DNA of 64,000 nt from Macrostomum lignano (lineage: Eukaryota), in NCBI GenBank assembly GCA_002269645.1, contig NIVC01003993.1:1-64000 (forward strand). Reading direction: 5' to 3'. Numbering within the stretch: position 1 is the stretch's first letter; every line of letters begins with the position of its first letter. The notes below the pieces were generated by a model. That model saw only the letters and a list, made by a program, of their open reading frames with translations, was not told the DNA's origin and did not search any database. Below, piece after piece: positions 1-23,235 of this stretch. The position numbers and the translations under genes were made by a program.

Positions 1-9
1 GTGAGCAAG

Positions 10-490
<481 letters not shown>

Positions 491-648
491 AGATAGAGGT
501 AGATGGAAATTTCCGAGAGTTCTGACTGGTGCACTATTATTTTTGCTACAACTGTATCAATCCTTATTATGGATCAGAATCCAATCCTTTGTGGATCTCT
601 AATCGATCCCTTCAACGATCCAAACTCCCAAATTCCGCAGTTGCTCAC

Positions 649-2703
<2,055 letters not shown>

Positions 2704-5700
2704 TTGAGCTCGAAAAAGGAATACAATAATTAGACTGCGACTTTGCTGTCAGATGCATGCAGTAGGTTTTTAATTTATTAGTCAGGAAAATTTTAAGTTT
2801 GAGTAAAATTTTTGTCAGCTGATTGCTTATGAATTAGCAAGGACTCTAGTGTTTCAATCGATATTTGAAACACTAGAGTATAATTTTTGGAATAAAACAG
2901 TTGAAAATTAATTTGTTCACATAAAATATTGTGTATATTGATTGATTGATAAGAGGCATTGGCTGAACTCTTAGTATATATCTTAAATATAGTTTTTGTG
3001 TATATATAATTTAACTGAAAGGATAAGCTAACAATATGTATATGCGTTAATTTTTTAGGAATCTTTTTTAAAATATTGTGAGAAATTTAGTCCTAAAATA
3101 TAATTTTATTACGAACCATAATCAATAATGTATATTTTATTTAAATACAAAATGCACTAGATTGCAGGGGAAAAATAAAGAATGTTTGGCAAAAAATGAA
3201 TGACAGAATAAAATTAAACTGGCTATTTAAATTTTTAGAAATTTTATCTACAGGCAAAACTATGGTTAAATAAATGATTATAATGTAAAATTTGTAAAAT
3301 TATTGCTTTTCTTGGCCTTCATTTTAAAAAAGTCAAAATCAGATAGTCTAATAGAAAGGTGTAATTATATCATTTCTCCTTTTATATAGCTTGGCCCGAT
3401 TTCTAAGTTTTGAATACAATAATTAACACCACCATCCACCAATTAACTCATTAACACTCTTGTCAGGACTGGTTTCTTTCATAATATAGTATTTCCAATA
3501 TACATTTGTATTATACAGTGATTTTATACTATAAAAATGAACCTGACGAGGGAGGAGTTTTGTAAGATTATGCTATTTTTTCGTTTTTTTAACCTACTGT
3601 ACGCTCGTAGACGAACATGCGGCACATGCAAATTCATTTCTAAGGACAAATTACAAGTTAAAAATGTAACATTTCTGGGCTACATAGCCGCCAAACAAAT
3701 TTAAAATAACTGTTTTAAAGTTTATTAAAAAACCGTTTTAAAAAAAGTTTCTATAAATAAGGTTTAACTTCGATGGTATTTTAAAGCAACATTTTTTTCT
3801 AGGCAAAACCGTTTTGTTTTATCTTAAAGTGAGCACGAAAAATGAAATAAGATTTTACGCGACTATTTTTACTACCACGGCTCGTTACATTCTGATTATG
3901 TAATTACAACAGTAGGCTTCCTAGCAGTAGTATGCACGTATGATCACGCATTAGTTAGTCCAGTGTACCTGTTTTAAACTACGGACTTACATGTAAATAG
4001 AATTATTATTCACTTCATTTTCTATTTCTTACCCACGGTTATTTCATAAAAATCTCAGAAAAGGCTAATTGAAAACTTGTTCTTCTGGCCTTCACGGATG
4101 CAAATATAAAATTCACGTTTGCAGTCAGTCAGTCAGTTTTTAGGAGAGCAGATTCTGCAGCAATTGAATTTTTCACTTTGTTAATGCAAATTATGGACAA
4201 TTTCAAAAGCCTTTTATGATAAATGATTATGGGAAACTTGGAGACTTTCATCGATTGTTTTTTATTTAAATTTACCTATTTCATCTCAGGACTGATAACT
4301 TACCTAACAAAAAAATCACTGTGCAATGCAATTTTTATGCATAAAATACACTGTACACAGTGTAAAGTGTATGGAATACACGTGCAAAATTTACAAACAG
4401 ATAACAATGTAGAGCTTCTCGACGAATTTTTCTATGAAGGCTTCTAAAATCTGTCAAAAGGGAAAATTAGCCATAAGTATTTAAGTCTTACTCATTGTAT
4501 TTTACGATCGTATCGAAAGATAATTTACAAGAAGTATTTCCTTTGAAACGATAGTACGATTAATTGCTATAAAATTAATGCTAATAGTTTTTACGTCATA
4601 ATCCAGCTAATTGACTGCTAAAAAGTATCGTCAATCCATGATGCCTCACACTCAGTAACAGTGGCCTGACCAATAGCAGTACTGTTGGCATCCATAATTT
4701 CTTTACGCCTCAATGCAGCGGATCTAGAAGCGGTAAAAATTAAATCGCGATTCGCAAAGCGTCGCGACAGGCTATAACCGGTGTAGTCATGGAAACCAAC
4801 CCGGTGGCAATAGAGCGAATTAGACAAAGACGCAGACTGAGAAGACCCGGCTGCTCGAGATCGCCTAGTCCGCAGCCCCGAAGCAGTTCGCATAGTCGCC
4901 AAGGCTTCAAACGCCGTCGTTTTCTTGACTTGCCGGTCCCCTTGTCCATTTCGGCTCCTGAGGAGCTGTCCTCCCTCAGGTCGTTGGTGCTATCGCATCT
5001 GCTACTGCTGCTACTGCTTCTGCTGCTACTCTTCCCTCGGTAGGCTTTGTTTCCACACGTACTTTCGACTACGGGCGTTTTTATACGCAATCTTGATCGC
5101 CTTGGTGAGTGTCTACTATCTACTTCTGTCGTCTTGGTAGTGCGCGTCTTCGTAGAGTAGGCAGTACTGGCTGCAGGTCGGTCCTGGGGTCTCTCGCGCG
5201 ACTTAAGTCGAGTTGGGTAGCGATGGCATAGGCTGGCGTACTCTAGCTGCGTTGAGACTCTCTACGCGTGGTTCGGTATGAGAACAGAATTTTTTTACAT
5301 TTGAAACAATAAGCCAAGCGAAAAACTTTCCGTTGTTAGTTTTCCGAACTAAAATAACTTTTTTCTAAATGGAAACCTCATTAAAACAAACATACATGCA
5401 CATACGCTCGCATCAAACCGTAAAAAATAAGTTTTAGCGTCCTTGAAAAACGCATAGATTCTCTGTTGTTTTGTGATTCATAAAGCCGGATAGATGTACG
5501 TCGTATTAGAATAATGCGATTGCAGCTCAATGGCTGTAACCATTACATGTATATACAATAAATAAAACAAACATATTTCTTACATGCAGCGTGTAGGTTG
5601 GCAAAAGTGGAGGGAGTCTAACGTCAGTAAACCTGACATTGGGAGACCGAATCTCCGACATGACGTCGACTTACTGGACTAGTTTTTTCAAACTCCTAAA

Positions 5701-6084
5701 GCTGAGTATTTTCTGCCTATCCATATAAATAAATTGGGGATGAAATGAACCACAGCTCAAGGCGACTGCCACAGTTTCGGGATAGGCAGAGACGCAGCAC
5801 TCATTCATTCATCAAGTTCCATCGCGCAGTTTGCGGAGACGTATTGTTACACTATGCGCGGAAAAGGAAGTTGAGATGCTCTGCTCTTCTCTTGCTTTTC
5901 TTTCTTCTGCTGCAATGCAAATTCTGCATTGAGTCTGCTGTCTGAAATTTGGCAGGTCTGCGAGTGGCAGTCAATGGCAACCTTTGAGAGGGCTGTGCGA
6001 TGGAGCTTTTCTCTGGCCAACATATGGGCCATTTAGGTCAGTGAAATACCGTTACTCAAAAAGCAATGTGCCGCCTAAAGGTAT

Positions 6085-6615
<531 letters not shown>

Positions 6616-7036
6616 CTTTGTGTGTAATGTATTAAATAATCGATTTAATAGTCACTGATAATAGAGTAAATTCATTAAGTATAGAATTATTTCCTAACCG
6701 CAGGAATAATGATTTAACAGATTTGTTTTGAAATGTAGGATTTTAACAGCTATACTTCATAGTGTAATAAATTTTTTAGCTGCAGGTCGCGTGGTCATAG
6801 GCAGTGGTCGATCTTGTACCAAATTGAATGAGTTAGTTTGTGCTATGAGTGCAACAAGTAAAGAAACATATTTCTAGTAAAGAACAAAAAACCTAGCAAA
6901 AACGGATCATGGAATTGAATTTTTCGTTAACAACGGAACTGAGGATGTAAGGACAAAATATTTCATTGAACAACTCAAGAGCTTGCGGTACAGATGTTCA
7001 CGGATTCAACCAGAACAAACTGGAACGCACCAAGCA

Positions 7037-14050
<7,014 letters not shown>

Positions 14051-14059
14051 GGTTTAATA

Positions 14060-14501
14060 TACCTTTTAACAGTGTTGTTGGGCATAAGTGAAATTTATCT
14101 AGTCCAAGTGCTCCTACCACTGAGCGAAGTGAGTTTGATTTAGTCGCTTCAATTAGCTTGCAGCCATAGACGGTGAATTCAATATAGTCGTTTTTAGCGC
14201 GCGCAACGAGATCGTGACTTTTATTTAGTCAAAGTGAAATGAATATGGTCAACGAGATCGTAAACTTTCAAATTCTATAGCCAAACAAGAACTCTAAGCG
14301 GACTAAATAAATTTCACTACGACTAACTTTAAGTCACGGTAAGCTCAGCGCTAAGCAAGAGTGACCAAATATATTTCACTTTTCCTCAATCGTCTATGGC
14401 CAAAATCAACAGCTAGACTATATCAAACTCACTTCACTCAGTGGTAGGAACACTTGGACTAAATAAATTTCACTTATGCCCAACAACACTGTTAAAAGGT
14501 A
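14060..14501. mobile_element. MITE with about 85-bp TIRs (TACCTTTTAACAGTGTTGTTGGGCATAAG...), TA TSD; Tc1/mariner-type
   Basis: 14060-14145 is the near reverse complement of 14417-14501; TA on both flanks. Confidence 0.85.
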
Positions 14502-15376
14502 TAGTATCAAGTCAACTTGGCTTAGCAAAGAAGTAAAAACTGATCTGTCGGGTCGGACAAACTTTCGCACCATAATAAATAGCCAGTGTCTCTGCTTTAT
14601 AGCCATAGACAACTCGGGACTCCGTATGTTAAGGCGGATACAATTCACTCTTGCTGAGTCCAATAGGAATGAGCCATGTGTGCATGGTACCAAGAATTTC
14701 GACCATAGACATGTGTGGCTTGTAGCAAAAGCCTCACCTCCTTGGTGCAGATTGGCGCATAAAACTATAATACAAGTAATACAAAACTTTGCAAAGCTGC
14801 TGTACTTTTTGACTTTATAGAACTGTTCTACTCGTAGAATGCATACAAAGCTTTATATATTATGCTTAATAAGACTGGTATTGCGAAGCTTTTTTGCTGA
14901 AGAAACCACGCAACAGTATTCCTTCTGCTTCCCTGCCTTATTAAGGAACCAATTCCAGTAAAACAAAAGGCCCTCCGCCATCGCTTCTCTGAAATATTCA
15001 CCCAATTAAAGAGAAAATGCATCACTTCTGCTTGTTTAAAGAGCTGTTTTTTCAGAAAATTGGCTCCACATTTTGCAGAATAGATTATTAGGAGTAGAAT
15101 TGGTGTCTGTACAGCACTGGCGCGCTTGCATGTGCTCAAGATGTAGAGTGTTCTACCTCCCGTAAAAAGTAAAGTGTTAATCATAGAATGCTATAAGTAA
15201 GTCAGCCAAAAGTTTCCGGAATTTTTTAGAATCGAACTTTTAGTTAATTTTTGTCTATGGAAAAGCTTAAAAGCAGCAACCATCTACTATGCTGTTGGCC
15301 AGCCTTATCATCACTCTTTAGCTTAACATTGCTCAGTTTCCCAGACCCTGCCTACTTAAGCCAGCAAGTGCATCCA

Positions 15377-17985
15377 ATGGAACTGCCAAGAACTGAATGG
15401 CGAGCAATTCTGCTCAACCACTTTCATGCGGGACGCAACGCAGCAGAGGCACATCGCGAGTTGTTGCAGCTGATGGGCCCACATGCACCCTCCAAGTCGT
15501 CGGTGTACGACTGGTTCTCTTGCTTTGCTGAGGAGAACTATGAGCTGAAGGACAAGCCGAGGTCAGGCCGACCCCCTGCTGCTGATGGCGATGCCGTTCT
15601 CCAAGCCCTTGAGGACAATCCGGACTACAGCGTGCGCAAGCTGTCAGCCGCTACTGGGGTGTCCTATGGCACGGTCCGGCGGAGCCTGCATGCTGCAGAC
15701 AAGGTGCCGAAGAAGCCAACTCTGGTGCCCCATGAGCTGACACCTCAGCAGCTGAGACAACAACAACAACAACAGAGTACGCTGCCAGTTCACAAAAGCA
15801 GCGTCAGATGGCGCGCTTCAAAGCTTGGGCGCGAACAAAAGCCGCACCGCCGGCAGAGTCCGGGGCGCCGGCGTCAGCCAGCAGACAGTCGACGTAGCGC
15901 CGAGTCTTCGCCTGTCCCCGCCGGTAGGGTGCCTGCAACGTAAGTAGCAGCACCTCCTGCACCGGCTCCGGACAGTAGGCCTCGGCGCGGATGACGTGGC
16001 CTGCCAGCTGGAGTCGCCGACGGCGCAGCAGATCGCTAGGACGGTCCAGGCCGGCGCGATGATAGAGCGCCGTGTTGGTGACTCGCTCGTTGCCGATCTT
16101 GAAGGCGGCGCGCAGCAGGCCAGCGTGCGCCGCGTCGACTTGAGCCTCGAGCGAGTCTGTCAGAGTCCAGGTCTCGGCGTTGTATAACAGGACGGTCTCG
16201 ATCACCGCCTGGAACAGCGCCGCCCTCTGGCGGTCCGGTAGGGCCTCGGACTGCAGGACTGACCTTATAGAACGAAAGGCAGCCCAAGCAAGTCCTCGGC
16301 GACGCCGCAGATCCTCGCGGACGTCGGGAACCAGACCGCCGAGGTAGACGAACTGCTGACATCTTGGAAGCTCACTCGCCTGTCCGTCAGCGCCTCGGCA
16401 GAAGATTGCAGCCTCGGTGTCGTCCGGCACGCATAGCACGACGGTCTTCTGCGTGTTGACCACCAGGCCGACGCTCGCAGCAAAGGCAACCAGCCTATCC
16501 AGCTGTCGTTGGGCGCCCTCGACGGTCGAGGACAGCAGGGCGAGGTCATCGGCGTAGCCAAGCACGCTGAGCCGTCTCTCCGGTTGGCGTCGACCCACGC
16601 GTCGCCGCAGCAGGAAGCCGTCGTCGTTGGAAGGCAGAGCAGTCCATAGCACCCAGTCAAGCACCAGAATAAATAGGAACGGCGCTAGCGTATCTCCCTG
16701 GAGCACCCCGGAGGATGTCTCGAAGAAATCCGATAGGCCGTCCGGTGTTGAGACAGCAGCCGTCGTGCCGTGGTACAGCGCCATGACAGCAGAAATCAGC
16801 AGCTCTGGCACGTTGTACGCACGGAGCACCTCTGGGAGCGCGTCCCTCACGACCGAGTCGAAAGCCTTCCTGAAATCGACGAAGATCAGGATCAGGGTCA
16901 ACTGGCGGATGCGCGCCTCCTCGATGACTCATCGAAGAGCCAGGATCTGCGTCACTGTGCCGCGATGGGGCCGGAATCCGTTCTGCTCAGGTCGCAGGTA
17001 CGGGTCCAGCACAGGCTGTAACCGCGATAGCAGCATGCGGTTGAACAGCTTCGCGGCGCAGGACTGTAGGCAGATGCCTCGATGCTCCTCGAGCTTGGTG
17101 GTGCCCGGCTTCTTTGGAATGGCGACGATGTGCGCCGTGGTCCATTCGTTTGGCGCCACCTCACCGAAAAGCACGCGGTTCATCACTCTGGCGACCTCAG
17201 TGGCCACGCAGTGGATCCGCAGCGCCTCGGTGGGCACCTCGTCCGGACCAAGCGCTTTGCCGCCCGGCGACTGCCGAGCGAACTTCACAACGTCGGCTGT
17301 GCTGACTGGGGCAACATTGAAGCAGCTTGCGAAGCAGCTGAGAGCCAGGGTGAATGTGGCAACTTCGAATCTTCGCCAGGCCGGTTCTCCAAACTTTCTC
17401 AAGTCGATAATCGCTCAAGACGAGCAGTGGGTCTGCTATGAGAACCCAAGCACATCAGCCGTCTGGGTCGATGCTTCTGAAGAACCACCCAGCTGCCCAA
17501 TGCGGAACCCCCACTGCGGCAAGGAGCTGCTCTTTTTCTGGTTCTGCTCGTCTGGCCCTGTTTTCTGGGAGGTCATCCCGCATGGCATGGCTGTGAACGC
17601 GGAGGTGATCTGCAGCGAACTGGAGCAGGTCGCCCGTTTGCTGCGATCCGTGTGCCCGGGACACCGCGACAAGGTGCTCCTCTTCGACAATGCGTGGCCT
17701 CACAAAGCAAGACTCACCCAGGCCAAGCTGGCAAGCCTGGGCTTCAGTGTTTTGCCCCACCCACCATACTCGCCAGACCTCTCGCCATGCGACTACCATG
17801 TGTTCAGGTCTCTCCAGAGCTTTTGTGATGGACAGCGGTTCGCCAACAAGCAACATGTGGAGCAGGCAGTGCAGAAATGGATTGATTCAAAGCCTGCGAG
17901 CTTCTGGAGGGAGGGGATTGAGGCATTGCCAGCAAGATGGGAGAGGGTCAAGGCCTTGAATGGCAACTACATCACATCGCTGTAA
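15377..17985 (+). pseudogene. Mariner transposase split by an insertion (HTH 15377-15757; catalytic domain 17333-17985)
   Basis: N-terminal HTH and LVPHEL linker, then QDEQW, FDNAWPH and YSPDLSPCDY with 34 residues between the 2nd and 3rd Asp. Removing the insertion restores PQQLRARVNVA in frame. Confidence 0.92.
15758..17332 (-). mobile_element. 5'-truncated RTE/RTEX-like non-LTR retrotransposon (RT domain)
   Basis: RT motifs QNGFRP, FVDFRKAFDSV, GVLQGDTLAPFLF and YADD; (TTG)n 3' tail; 11-bp TSD AGCAGCTGAGA at 15747-15757 and 17333-17343; one in-frame TGA at 16929. Confidence 0.92.
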
Positions 17986-18087
17986 ACTGTTTGTTCTTGA
18001 CACTATTTGTTATAGTTTTAAAATGTTCAAATTCCGGAAACTTTTGGCTCACCCTAATAAGTGCACGCATGCGCACCTAAACTTTAA

Positions 18088-18250
18088 GGATGATTCATGT
18101 TGCTATTTATGGCAGCAGAATGATTCATGTTGCTATTTATAGCAGCAGAATGATTCATGTTACTATTTACAGCAGCAGAATGAGTCATGTTACTATTTAT
18201 AACCACACGATGAATCATGTTACCCCTTATAGCGCAACACGTGAATCATG
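18088..18250. repeat. 30-bp tandem repeat (ATGATTCATGTTGCTATTTATAGCAGCAGA), about 5 copies
   Basis: Directly visible, degenerating rightward. Confidence 0.85.
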
Positions 18251-18673
18251 TTACTATTTTTGGCCCACAAAATCGTCTATAAATACAAGCGGTCCAAAGC
18301 GGTACCGGAGTCAACTCCCGACGACAGGAGAAGCTCCGAAGAGGTTGTCTTTAGGAAGACTCCCTAGCTCACCAGTCGAACGAAAGACTTGATCAAGTGT
18401 TGCGGTTAGCCTTTCTTATTTGCGCCAGTTGTTGTTGAGACGTCTCGCTCAAGTCTAGTGTGTCTTGAGTCTATTTGAGTCTGTTGAGACTCTTGAGTCT
18501 GTTTGGACTCCCTTGGCAGTAGTCGCCCCGAAGGACTACCCTAGTAGATCTTAGAGGAGCTACTAGAGATATCCGGAGCATTACCTAGAGTGCATCGAGG
18601 CACTACTAGAAGAAGAAGGCTTAATTGATACCGCTATTCGGCGCAGGGTACCCATTGTTGATACGAGGCCTCT

Positions 18674-19200
18674 GGGGGGTGTTTCTCGAAACTCACGTAA
18701 GTTCTATGGTAAGTTAGATCGTAAGAAAGAAGTTTACGTGTAGCGTAAGTTTGCTCGTAAAACGCTTTCTCAAAACTCACTTAGACTTTGCGTGGCTTAC
18801 GCTGTTCGTAAGTCGTATCTGAAACGAAAATTTGCATGTCTATGGTCATAAATCTGTAAATATCTTTACTTAGTCTATCGTAAGTTGCTTTCGAGAAAGA
18901 CCCACCTTCGATAAAGTTTAACTTGACTTGGCTTGACTAAAGCTTCACGTACTATGCGATTAGTGCTTAAGTGCGTCTTACGACCCATACCGAGCAGTCG
19001 TAGGGTTAAGATCAACCTTACGAAAGACCATAGACATACGAACGTTTCGAGAAACAGTCTTTTGCGCAAAGTTACGAACTCGTAAAGTTGCGATCGATCT
19101 TACGCATAGCTAACTTGCGAGCCCTTCGAGCAACCCGTAAGTGTAGCTTCCCCAACTTACGTCTATGGTCGATCGTAAGTTGCTTTCGAGAAAGACCCCC
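18674..19200. mobile_element. Non-autonomous foldback/MITE with GGGGGT(G/C)TTTCTCGAAA termini and CGTAAG subrepeats
   Basis: Inverted termini; internal partial terminus at about 18880-18905; TSD not clear. Confidence 0.7.
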
Positions 19201-19825
19201 TGATTGGTCCTGACTGCAGATACCGGCCGGAAGTAACTTCATTGGAAATACAGTACAAGAAGCACCAGGACCAGAGAAGCGGATCCAAGACAGTGACCAG
19301 ATCTACACAAGATCTACTGACGAGTTCCTAGCGAGAACTACTCAAGAAATTCAAATCCGGATTGAAGGTAATTAACTACCTTCATTTGATTACTGGGTTG
19401 CCTAGCAAAGAGCTAGAAGTGATTGTTCCTTGATTATCAAAGGACTGGTAGTAAAGAACACATCAAAGAGTCAGTGGAGTTGGCCGGATTGCGTCAGCAC
19501 TCACAGCCTTCGATTTATTGATTTTATTGATTTATTTTTAGACCATATAAAACAAAAGACTGTCTGAATCACTCATTTTAGTGAGCGCTGAAATGGAGGA
19601 TATTTCACTCATTACAGAAGTCTTTTTCAACAGGGCCTCTTGTGTACTCGCTAACATACGGTAAGAGAAGCAGAATTTCCAGCCAATAGAAAGCAGCAAA
19701 ATTTACTGGCTAACGGGAGGCTAAACAACGCATTACAATATATATAGCTAACTGTAAGCACCATGACAAATTCTAATAGACTGCAAGCTACTGTCGCTCG
19801 GAAATTGCTAACTCTTTTCCAGGCA

Positions 19826-20883
19826 ATGCCTCCAGGTAAAAGATAAAACTTCTTAACTGCACAGGGGCCCTTTTTAATCTACAGAAAGTATCAATTATCA
19901 TTTTAGAAAATTGGATTTTCCTTGTCCTACAACTGCTGGGTTTTCTGACTGTCTGCCAGTGCAGGTCCGGAGACACCTGGACTCAGGTGCAGGTGCAGTG
20001 CCTGTCTGAGGCCGCCGCGATTTACCGAGCGCAGGCGAGCAGCGATGTGCACTGCTCTGTGATCGCGTCCAGCAAGCAGAAAGTCGGAATCATTTTGGCC
20101 CAGTTCGAGCCGGCCTCTCTCCGCTGCAGTCTCTTCCGCTACCAGTCCGTGTGTCGCGACCTTGTCTCTGGCGGTGCGAGCAGCGACTGCCGAGTGCTCA
20201 TCCGATTTCCGATCAAATATCCGGCTCAGCTCAACCCGAAGCTCACAAACGTGTGGCTCGGAGACGACATGTCTGCATTTGAGAATGTCGTGTGCCAGGC
20301 TGACGAAGAAACCAACCGAATTTATCCGGTCGGAGTCCAGTGGACAGAGGAGGGCGCCGCGTTCGATGGGAGCAGCTCGTTTCTGGCCATGAACAAGAGC
20401 GACATCGGGTTCGGCACAGGCGTCACGGTGCTGCTCAGGATGAAGCGGCAGCCGCAGGTGCAGCCGCTGTTTGAGTTCCTGGACTGCGCCAACTTTGCCA
20501 CAGGACCTTACTACCACCACATCTGGGAGTATTCCTCAGTATCAAGGTTCTATGTCCTCTTCTACGATACTAATTCAGTACGTAACAGAATCATGTCGTC
20601 AGCCCTTCTTACCGCGAACGCCGGCGAGTGGATTGACCTCGGATTCACGTCGACACCGACAACGGACTCTTATGGAATGTTTGTGAACGCCTCCTTCTTG
20701 CCGATGTCTGCCATCGATTTTCATACTGTAACTGCTTCTATTTCGGTGTCAAAGTTCTGCTTTCGGTTCGGCAAGCGGTACAATCATGCCACCCTATTCA
20801 AGGGCTCGGTCAAGGCCATCGCAATCGGCAACAGCTTCATGAACGAAACCGAGATTCGAGACTTCTTTGCCGCCCTGCCGTGA
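19826..20883 (+). CDS. Secreted PAN-like + LamG/concanavalin-A-like protein, copy 1
   Basis: Exon 1 ATGCCTCCAG|GT (19826-19835) and exon 2 from 19907 give the signal peptide MPPENWIFLVLQLLGFLTVCQC. A LamG_3-like region follows (AAFDGSSSFL..TVLLRMK..WIDLGFT..MFVNA..FRFGK..FKGSVKAIAI). Confidence 0.8.
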
Positions 20884-21639
20884 GGAGCAGCTCAGCAACT
20901 GGTGGACTCGCTGCAGTTTAAACTGTGAACTCACGACGATTTTTAGGTTTCTAAGCTTACACTTAGGTCAATAGGTGTTACCTTTTTGCGTCTTAATTCA
21001 TCTGATTTGTGCAGGAATAAATTTCTTAAGCAGTGTTTGAATTTCTTTAGAATTTTTCCTGTCGCTGTCTCTGATTTCTTTACTCCATTTATGGATATTT
21101 ACAGACATGACGTGCAAATTGTTTTTCGGCTAAAGCAGTGACACCTAAAGTTTCTGTAGTTTAGGATTTAAATATTTGTAAAGATTCGATTAAAATTTTC
21201 TCTAAATGTTTTGGTTCCCTTCACAGTCGAAGTCTATACTGTTTTACTTCAAAATTATTATTAGGTAATCTAGGCGTCCTTTGTCATATCATATCCATAT
21301 CAGATTCTGTTCGAATGTTTATTAAGAAAGAAAGTGCTTTACTCTTTCAAAGCTGTTTCTAACTCTTAATCAGAGTTATACTTTAAAATTTTATTGCGAT
21401 TAGATAGCAAATTTAATATAGAAATGTACGTAAGTATTTTAGTATTTTTCAAGATATTTTTTAACAACGTTCCATAACAATAGTCTTGCTTATTTACCAA
21501 ATTAAGGAATACGAGCTATCAGATTAGGACAAAGACAATGAGAATTTGGATAGGTACAGAGAGTTACCCTAGCTTACCAAACCATGCAGATTTCTGGAAG
21601 CCGGCTCCGATTCAAATTTGAAAATAATATCCTGATACA

Positions 21640-23150
21640 AACTGGAAGACCGCCGCCACTTCTTCATGAACACTGGCTTGCTAGCGCGTCGCTTATCGCA
21701 TATCGCATATCGAGGTATCGCATATCTCCGTCGAAATCTATCGACACCAGCGAAATGTATCGGCCGCTCAACGCCGTCTTGGATCTGGGAGGAATTCGTC
21801 GCTGGTGTCGCTGATGACGATCGCGTCCGCGCTCAATCAAAGTGCGCCAGGCTTGGTGGATTGACGTTTGCCTCCTTCAACGCCTGGAACGCTCGCTCGC
21901 TCGCTCGCATTCGGCTGTCTAATTTGAACTCGGCGTCCCTCATGAGCAGAAGCCTCTGAGGCGCCGTGACTTCGGCAAAGTTGGGCACGGACCGCATCAG
22001 GTAGTTGGAGGATCCCAGAAACGCCTGCAGTTCATTCTTTTTTGCCTGTGCGTGCAGCTCCTTGAAGGCCTTAGTTTGAGACACTGACAGTCGCATGCCG
22101 TCAGCCGAAAATACAAAGCCGAAGAACTCGATCTCGGTCCTCCGCAGCTGGCATTTGTCCATTGTTGGCCTTCAGGCCGACTTCTTCCAGTCGCTTCAAC
22201 AGAGCGCAGAGCATTGAGTCGTGCTCGGCCTCCATTGCTCCGTAGAAGATAAAGTCATCCAAGATGTGCTCCACTCCGGGCAGGCCGGCTACCAGGTGGC
22301 TCAGCATCCTTCTAAGGCCGCTGGCGCTGACGCTAGGCCGAACGGCACTCGGAAGAATCGGTAAGCGCTAGGCCGAACGGCACTTGGAAGAGTCGGTAAG
22401 CGCTAGGCCGAACGGCACCCGGAAGAATCGGTAAGCGCTGGGCCGAACGGCACTCGGAAGAATCGGTAAACGCTAGGCCGAACGGCACTTGGAAGAGTCG
22501 GTAAGCGCTAGGCCGAACGGCACCCGGAAGAATCGGTAAGCGCTGGGCCGAACGGCACCCGGAAGAATCGGTACAAGCTCTAGTGTGTTATGAATGTCCT
22601 CAGTTCATGCGATGACTCGTGGAGCTGCATCTGCATGTAGCCCGTCTTGTGGTCGATCTTGGAGAACACCTGACCGCCGGCTGTCTTGCTCATCACCGAG
22701 CATATCTTGTCCAGCTGAGGCATCGGGTGCCGGTCGATTACGAGCGACTTGTTCAGCTCGCGAACGTCGATTCAGACTCAAATCTAGCCGTCCTTCTAGT
22801 TAGCGACCAACAAATTAGAAATCCAAAGGCTGGAGTTCACTCGCTCGATGATGCCTACTACTTTCATACGGTGCAGCTCTTCACCGACTTGTTGCTGCTT
22901 TGCCAGAGGCAAGTGGCACAGTGGCTGCTGTACTAGCGGCACCGCCGCGTTGATCTTCGGTTGGTGTACCGCTCCTTTGCCCGATTGAGCCACTGAAGAC
23001 CGCTGGGTACTCCTTTGCGATATCGATGCTGGCAAATGAGGTGCAAATGACGAGTGAAGCATTCTGTGTAGAGAAGTTTAAGTGATTGACTTGAATTAGC
23101 AGCAATTGACTTCTTCAACTGGAACAGATTCTTTGAAACGAGGCAAAAGA
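21640..23150 (-). mobile_element. Decayed Ty3/Gypsy pol fragment (RT, connection, start of RNase H)
   Basis: IIERVNSSLWISNLL, IDVRELNK, FSKID..GYMQM, YRFFRVPFGL, HILDDF, FFGFVFS, LQAFLGSSNY and SQIQDGVERPIHFA, with many stops and frameshifts. Confidence 0.88.
22330..22574. repeat. 35-bp minisatellite (about 7 copies) derived from the RT YRFFRVPFG motif
   Basis: Unit reads TAC CGA TTC TTC CGG GTG CCG TTC GGC on the minus strand and is continuous with RT on both sides. Confidence 0.9.
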
Positions 23151-23235
23151 ACCGAAGAAAAATTTGCTGCTCACATAACTTTTGAGTCAGCCGTCAAGAC
23201 TGGCAGCATCTCTCTACTCAGAAAGTCATACTTAA

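Larger units (their letters stand above)
15196..18057 (+). mobile_element. Mariner (DD34D) transposon interrupted by a LINE
   Basis: TIR core AGCCAAAAGTTTCCGGAATTT at about 15204 and inverted at about 18029-18049; TA flanks; transposase motifs inside. Confidence 0.92.

Noticed and set aside
5745-6060. Short ORFs with a Lys/Glu-rich segment as a possible exon
   Set aside because: No recognisable motif and no convincing splice partners
16627-17332. N-terminal part of the 452-aa plus-strand ORF as a novel protein
   Set aside because: It is the antisense of the RTE RT, incidentally in frame with the mariner catalytic domain; there is no promoter evidence
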